DNA of 17,768 nucleotides from positions 161,605,648 to 161,623,415 of the forward strand of contig JANKJI020000004.1 of assembly GCA_024626585.2 (NCBI GenBank). Reading direction: 5' to 3'. Below the pieces are notes generated by a model. That model had not been told where the DNA came from, did no database searches, and saw only the letters and a list, made by a program, of their open reading frames with translations. Below, one piece after another: positions 11,151 to 17,768 of the stretch (positions are counted from its first letter, which is position 1; every line of letters begins with the position of its first letter). A program made the translations under genes and the position numbers. The stretch is from Ginkgo biloba (taxonomy: Eukaryota; Plantae; Ginkgophyta).

Positions 11151-11567
11151 CTCTTCTCTCTCTACAAGATTCTCTCTTTCTCTAAAAATTCGAAGACTTG
11201 CTTAGTTTCTCAACTCCTTAATTTCTCGGATTTTCTCATCACATCAATGTGGTTTCCAACCAAATCTCTTATGCCCTTGAGAGCCCATTGCTTCTCTTCT
11301 CCTATGCTTAGAATTTCTCACTGTTCTGCTTTCTTGTCTAGAATCTGAGTCTTGCTGTGATCGAGGTGATTTCTGAATTTTTAACCCTTCTCTTTTACAT
11401 TCTGTCAAGTCTTTCATTGCTTCCAATACTGGGCATTGTGATTCTTGCATGAACTCGTTCAGTGCTTCCTGTTCTTGGTCCTGTAATTGACTTGTGTCAT
11501 CTTCCAAAATACTCTTAAGTAAATTTTTTGTCAATAACTATTTTGGCTTCCACAGTAGCAGGACCCT
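11151..11567 (-). mobile_element. Internal leader or gag-proximal region of the same LTR element, cut by an assembly gap
   Basis: Directly downstream of the PBS; purine-rich on the minus strand with a 96-codon charged ORF (11244-11534); runs into the gap at 11051-11150. No diagnostic Gag motif seen. Confidence 0.55.
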
Positions 11568-11608
11568 GCTCTGATATCACTGAAACGTATCAGAGCAGGG
11601 TCCTGCTA
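11556..11608. repeat. Perfect 21-bp inverted repeat with 11-nt spacer across the LTR/PBS junction
   Basis: tagcaggaccctgctctgata (11556-11576) is the exact reverse complement of tatcagagcagggtcctgcta (11588-11608). Confidence 0.97.
11568..11579 (-). promoter_or_regulatory. Primer binding site (tRNA-iMet type)
   Basis: Minus strand TGATATCAGAGC versus canonical TGGTATCAGAGC (one transition at 11577), 1 nt after the LTR-terminal CA. Confidence 0.8.
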
Positions 11609-12119
11609 GAAATGATTGCAGAGAACAAGGAAATGCCAGCAACCTGTAGAGTAGGGTAGGCTATTGAACACCTAGCCTGTCCCCCAGGGGTTGATCATCC
11701 CCCGACAGGAGGTGGTTCACTGGAACAGAATCTGGGTTTCTGGGTAACGACCTGCCACCACCTCCTCTCAAAGCAGGTTCCTTTGGGGACCAGAGATTGA
11801 GTTTAGGATTTTGAAAAAAAAACAGCTTCTTACAATGAATAAGTCCAGCCTTTATATACTCTATTTTAGGGTAAAATAGCCAAAACTGACTAGAGTTCAT
11901 TAAAGCTAACTAAAGCTAACTGCCCCTAATTTGGGGGATTTACCAATCATTCCCATGCAGAAGAATCTGATGGGCGGCTATTTAAGTCTAGCTGTCAGAC
12001 TAACTACTCCTAGGTGGGATGTCCTTTCCCGTGCAAGGGTGGCTGAAAAGCCACTCAATTTATTTATGATTAACATTTATTTATCCTCAGGCCTATCTGA
12101 AGATGTTGGGAACATTACA
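11581..12119 (-). mobile_element. 5' LTR (about 539 bp) of an LTR retrotransposon, probably Ty3/gypsy
   Basis: Minus strand begins TGTAATGTTCCC and ends CGTTTCA (TG...CA); internal TATA-like AGTATATAAAG near 11850-11860; followed after 1 nt by a tRNA-iMet PBS. Confidence 0.75.
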
Positions 12120-14544
12120 CAATTACACAGATTATACATCAAAGTATAGTGAAACTAGAGTAAATGATGAGACAGAAATTGTCTTATCAGCATTTTGAAT
12201 CCAAAACTGATTCCCTTATGAAACGTCCTCATTTCACAGGTTCTCCTTTGTTGTTATGGCAGTGAAACTCAAAACTCCTGAGGACTGCACCTTACTTGTG
12301 TTAGTGAAACTCAAACTACTTAGAAAGGAGTTCTCAGTTCTCAGAACTGCTCATATAACACCATGTGAAAAAACGCAAAACCCTATGACATTCATGTATT
12401 TGAATCCTTCAGCTTAATTTCCTTAGCAAGAGTTGGATGGATGGTTGTATGGACTTAGTAAATAAAGGATGATGTGCCATCCTAACCANNNNNNNNNNNN
12501 NNNNNNNNNNNNNNNNNNNNNNNNNNNNNNNNNNNNNNNNNNNNNNNNNNNNNNNCTGTGCCTCTTTTCTTATGTGTAGTTCCTACCTCAACGTACATCA
12601 TTCACCAAGCTTAGAAACTTGAGGGTCCTTATGGGGTAAGTCTGTGTCTCCTGGCCCTTAGTTTCCTTCCTTGTCCTCGAATTTCCCCCTTGATATCATC
12701 TCTATGGTATCTATTTTTCTCTTAGTACCATCTTTTTATTGCCAGTGTTGTAATCTTTAGAACCCATCCTTATTCCTTGCTTCTGTTAAATCTTTTTCTT
12801 CTAGTTGGAGCCAATGTTTGTTTATTGGTGTCCTTATCTATGTCTGATCTACCACGTTCTGGGAAGAGTGTTCCTTTTCTCCATTTTGCACAATTCTTTC
12901 AAATTCCTTCATCCTTGGAGATTCTGAGTTTTTTGTCCCGTAATTAAGGTCTCTAAGTATACTGTTGATTTTTGGGGCTCTCCTAACAGGGAAATTCCTT
13001 TTATATGGTTGTCAATACTTGATGTACAGTCTCTCATTGCAGTAACAGCATCTGAAAGTGCATCCTCTTTTTTGTCTAGTCATGATTGGCAGTTCCTTTT
13101 TTATGTGGTCAGGTAGTTTTGCACTCGGATTAAACTGAATGCAGAAATCTCACTGTTCCGTTGTCTTCACCCCTATATATTCATATGCTCAAATTTGAAC
13201 CTCAGGTGTATTGGATTGGACGTGGGCTTTGGGTTCAGGATATTGACACAAGGGCACCGTGGTTGGAATCAAACTCTTGCTTGTCGACAGAATGATGGAC
13301 CTGCCATGATCACTTTGATGGTCTCATTTCAACTTACGGATGCCAATATGAAGAATCTTCTCTCTTCATTTGAATCTAGCAGTTGCTCATATGGAAGGGA
13401 GACCATTCAGAGATTGTCCATTGTGTGAGAAGAATTTCAATTGGATAACAGATCTAACTTCCCAGTTAGGGACCTGGACATCAAATCATAAATTTGTAAA
13501 ATACAAACAACCATAAATATGTGTAACAGTTTGGAACTAAAACTGTGATTCTCCCATGAATTGTGCTATAACAAAGTGCAAATGAAGCTGAAACTGAAGT
13601 TAAAAGAGTAATGAACAACATTAAATGAGCAACAAACAGGGTTCAGAATTACTGATTTAGTTGGCCAAAGTGTTTCCTACCTGTTCTGCACTGTTTCAGG
13701 GCAGTTGTTGGACAGAACAAAGCAGACTCAACTCTAGGAACTTCTGCTCCTGTAGCAGACAGAATTGGTTCTGGGGCTGCATTGTTTCTCTTTAACCACA
13801 GTTGTTGGAGACTTGGATGAATGTAAAGCATTGGGAAGGTCTGAGGATTGTGTTCCTAAAAATGGAAGGGACATCTATTATAAATTAGTTCAAAATGCAG
13901 AGACTAGTTTTGCTATCTATGGAAAGAAATAACATTATTGGAATGAAATGGTTTATTTTTTAGGTAACATCATGCATATGAAGGAAAGAAAGTGTACCTC
14001 TGCTCCATTCTAGTGAAAAATTTAATGCCTGTTTGGCTGTTATAACAGGCTAAATGAGACCCTTTGGGGGACTTGAATATAAAAGGCGAATATTTTTTTC
14101 CTGTTCCATTTTGCTCGTATCTCTTTCTAAAAAGATGTCATTTTGCCCCTGAAATGTTGTATTTCCAGTTCTCTTTATTAAAGAGAATTTGACAATTCAT
14201 CACTAGTATTTGAGGTTCCTTTATTACTCTGGCCTGATGAATGGCATCAATTTAGTTAACAATCAAAAGGGTATATATTTACATCATTTGTTTCCTCTGT
14301 GCTATAGCAAGTTTAGTTTTGTCTTATATGACCATGCATTGAAAAGCATAGACATAATTTTAATGAGGCCATTTGATTACGTTAGAAAAATAATAGAAGG
14401 GAATTCAGTGCATACAATTCTTGTCACTACTTGTATTTGTTTGTTCTTGTTTAGTCATTGCATTGCATGATTAAAGGTAAAATCCCAGTAAAGATGTTGA
14501 TTTTGAGGAACTTAGCCTGACAAGATATTTTCTCTACATCTCAG

Positions 14545-14631
14545 GTGGGATTGTTAGAGGTGGCAGTATCTTATGCTCGTTTGGAGTTATCGAGATTTTT
14601 TGGAATCAAGTCTTTGGAGGATTTACTTCAG
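14545..14631 (+). CDS. RanBPM: RanBPM-like gene, penultimate coding exon (end of CTLH, start of CRA)
   Basis: ctcag|GTG...CAG|gtgatt; 87 nt encoding VGLLEVAVSYARLELSRFFGIKSLEDLLQ; in phase 0 with both neighbouring exons. Confidence 0.92.
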
Positions 14632-14986
14632 GTGATTATAGCTTTCCAACAATGTCTAGTCATTTTCTTTTATGTCATTGTCACTGAATAGCAAGTTCAA
14701 GTAGCAAGGGCAACGCACTTGTTTTAAACTTTTTCAGTCAACAGGCATGTGTATAGGACAGAAAAAAATGTTAGCATAAAATAGATAGTTCTTGCATACG
14801 CATTGCCTGCAATTTAGCCCATCTGATAGTTGAGCTCAAGCTTTTACGAATGCTTCATCTGGCCTCTCAGGTGACTATCCTTTTGGCTTTATATACCACA
14901 ATCATATGGAATTTGAGATAAATTCTCTTATATTTATAGCATTTTAAATTCTTGTAGCTGATTTATCTTTCTGATCTTGTGTACAG

Positions 14987-15268
14987 GACTGTATTGCTTT
15001 GCTTGCATACGAGGAGCCAACAAAATCTTCTGTAGGCTACCTCCTTAACTTGGCGCAAAGAGAAGCAGTTGCAGATGCAGTAAATGCTATGGTTTTATCA
15101 ACTAACCCTGGATTGCAAAATCCAGAACATTGCCTGCAATCATCTTTAGAAAAGTTACTGAGGCAGCTCACAGCTTGCTGCTTGGAGAGGAGGCTCCTGA
15201 ATGGAGAACAGGGTGAAATTTTTTGCTTGCACAAGATTTTACATGGCAGCAAAGAAGCCTTGTGGTGA
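14987..15268 (+). CDS. RanBPM: RanBPM-like gene, terminal coding exon (CRA domain)
   Basis: gtacag|GAC; encodes DCIALLAYEEPTKSSVGYLLNLAQREAVADAVNAMVLSTNP...LEKLLRQLTACCLERRLLNGEQGEIF...W*, the CRA domain and plant RanBPM C-terminal tail; TGA at 15266-15268. Confidence 0.95.
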   Translation, partial: DCIALLAYEEPTKSSVGYLLNLAQREAVADAVNAMVLSTNPGLQNPEHCLQSSLEKLLRQLTACCLERRLLNGEQGEIFCLHKILHGSKEALW

Positions 15269-15480
15269 TTTTCCACTACACCCTCTTTGGACTTTTGAGC
15301 AATTAGATATTCTTCTAGATGTTTAAAAATTTATAAATGCACTTTGCTCATTGTTTTGGTCAATGCTGGAAGTTTTCAATGTAATATTTTCAACTGGTGT
15401 GATTGTAACAGTTTCCTCTTGCCTGTAATACTTGAATATTTAAGGACTAATGTGCTGTTTCATGTGGATACACACTCAAT
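15269..15480 (+). other. Probable 3' UTR of the RanBPM-like gene (end approximate)
   Basis: T-rich sequence right after the stop codon, with TGTA motifs typical of plant far-upstream polyadenylation elements. The cleavage site cannot be determined. Confidence 0.5.
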
Positions 15481-17135
15481 TCAAACATCGCTGTATTGAC
15501 AAACAAAATGGTTTCACACTTTCAAGTCAAATGTATTATGCAATATCTGTACAGGGTTATGTTCGCGTACAAATTTGTTGCAAGCACATTTACTAAGAAA
15601 TTGTCTACAACATTACTTGGGTTTGGACGTTATTCCAAATGTTGCTTTTTATGCTTCATAATCATCACATGCCCTTGTGCAATTCTTAAATGTCCAATCT
15701 GTGCAGTCAATTCTGTCGGGGTTGCATCATCTGGGTTCAATTGAAATAGAGCTGATGACTTGAGAGTGTAGACTTTGTGAGAGCTCCATTGGATTGAAAG
15801 AGGTGAAGATGGTTCGGAACCCACANNNNNNNNNNNNNNNNNNNNNNNNNNNNNNNNNNNNNNNNNNNNNNNNNNNNNNNNNNNNNNNNNNNNNNNNNNN
15901 NNNNNNNNNNNNNNNNNNNNNNNNNNNNTGAGTGGATGTAAATTACAAGGCATTGGTGTGATGCTACTGTCTTTTCGCCTTAGAAGTTGTTTCTTGTGTG
16001 AAGTACCCTATAAGTTAAATTGGGATACGCAAATGGTACCTGGTGCCAGATAATGAAAAAGATGCTATTAAGAGGGGTACCAACCAACTGGGGACCTGTC
16101 TTTGGATCTAGCAAGGAAGTGTACATAACAAAAAGATAATCAAGTAGAATAGTGGTTGATCTTGTGGAGCCATCATGACCCTGTCAATGAATCTTTTGTA
16201 TAATTTTCTTTTCCCATCTCTTTTTTCTACTTTGTAGTGTGCACAATTCTTGGCTTTGCTTCCTAAGATATATACCTTTGTGAGTTGTTAATGACATTTC
16301 CTTTCCTAATAAAGATGGGCAGCATCATTGTAATGGGAGATGTTCTAATCATTTTTCTATAGTCCTGTTATTCAGATGACTTGGAGCAGATTTATAAAAG
16401 GATTGGGTAAAAACTCTATAGCAACCTTTTATACAACATCAAATACTTTGGCTTTTTCTTTTTCTTTTTCTTGGAAATATGAAGCATCAATATTACAAGT
16501 TACAAATACTTTCAAGCTTTGCCCAGTAATCAATGATGCTAGTAGAGGGAAGCCAATACAACACTGGTCTATATTGATTTCCCAAAACTAACATTTTATA
16601 CTTTATCTAGCTATAAGGCCTAGAAATAATAACTAAGACAAAAAGATCCTATACAAGTAGAGCCTTGTACACAATGCATTTGCTATATATATAAGAAAGA
16701 TCCCATAGTTTCAGAACATACTAATGCCATAAGTAGTACACTAAATCAGTGTATGCTAAATTAACTTGTCAAAGCAAAATGTGACAGTCAAGTTTTTTGA
16801 GAACCGAAGAGAGAGCATAGTAAAAATTGACAGCCTCAATTGCAGCATTTGGATGATCTCATATTACTACTGTTGGAGAAGCAACCTGTAGAACATTTGT
16901 ATCCTTGTTAACATCATTGGTTGCGCCAATTGTTGTTGGGGCGGAGGATCTCCTAACAACTATCTAAGTAACATTGCCCATTGTCTCTAATAGCACTTGA
17001 AGATTCAAGCAAAGATGCAGCAATAGGCATCACCTACAAGAAGTTTTAGAGGCACCGTTTTCCAACAGTTTTTGTAGCCATGGAAGATTAACTGTCATTT
17101 GTTTTTTCTTTTTTTAGAGCTTGTAACACATCTTG

Positions 17136-17768
17136 TGTTACAGACCCAGTCAACCCTAGTCCAAGCTCGATCAAACTTAGTTAAAGGTTAGTTAAAATCG
17201 GTCAATGGGCTTGGAAAACCCTAAGAGAAGTTCTAATGCATTAATGAGGTATAGGGAAGCGAAAATACCTTTATCTATGAAGAGGAAGGCTATGAAAGAG
17301 ATTAGCTTCGAAGCATGTATACTAATTCTTAAGTTGTTGGCTATTTATGATGGTGGAACTCTTGTAAGGCCTAAAAATGGCTTAAAAAGTAAAACAATCT
17401 ACCTTAAACCCTAGTGCCCACTTTCGAAGGGACAATCAACTTTGCAAAAGAATTTCAACAACCGTGAGTATATATGGTTAGTCGATCCCAGGTTCAGTTA
17501 TGTCCCTTCAAAAAGTGTNNNNNNNNNNGAAGTTATTTCTTCAATATCTCTCCTTGTTTTCTACGTCCTTCCTCTTGAAGCTAATGCCCTACTTATTAAG
17601 TGAATTTCTTTGTCCTATCTATAGAACGTTGACCTTGGAAGTCATACTTTTTGCAAGATTCGTGTTCTAATCCCAATCGAACGTTGCCATTGACCTTATG
17701 CAACTCTTTTGAAGTTGAAGCCCTCCTTGTTCCTGTGGAAGGGCGAACCATTTTTAAGGGTCTTCCTA
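17136..17768. mobile_element. Possible LTR fragment at the window end
   Basis: Begins tgttacagaccc, similar to gypsy LTR starts (TGT.AC..CCC); contains aaaccctag motifs; interrupted by a 10-N gap. Confidence 0.3.

Noticed and set aside
12148-12317. Short direct repeats agtgaaact(caaaact), superficially CRISPR-like
   Set aside because: Only 2-3 short copies with irregular spacing, in eukaryotic DNA without cas genes.
15037-15276. Minus-strand 79-aa ORF
   Set aside because: Antisense shadow of the RanBPM terminal exon.
16376-17090. Coding-like minus-strand stretches (WEINIDQC...CNIDAS; VMPIAASLLESS...)
   Set aside because: Only a faint resemblance to LINE RNase H; interrupted by stops, with no consistent splice structure.

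Overview
Draft-assembly land-plant genomic DNA: AT-rich, with seven N-gaps (1015-1114, 2560-2659, 7975-8074, 11051-11150, 12489-12555, 15826-15928, 17519-17528). The main feature is the 3' half of a + strand RanBPM/RanBP9-10-like gene (SPRY-LisH-CTLH-CRA, CTLH/GID E3 ligase scaffold). Four GT-AG exons are recognisable (6238-6314, 9504-9563, 14545-14631, 14987-15268). The SPRY exons and the LisH/early-CTLH exons are not visible and are probably upstream or in gaps. The long introns and flanks contain decayed LTR-retrotransposon sequence, including one clear LTR plus tRNA-iMet PBS (11568-12119, minus strand) and a decayed Ty3/gypsy pol. There is also an antisense pseudogene of the C-terminal (GGCT-like, WYASYGSNM) domain found in plant HDA5. 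Most ORFs in the supplied track are chance ORFs. I found no convincing new multi-gene system. The best leads are the HDA5-C-like pseudogene, a perfect 21-bp anti-PBS hairpin and a dense cluster of RY (CATGCATG) motifs. Protein and TE assignments come from recalled family consensus, not from database searches.
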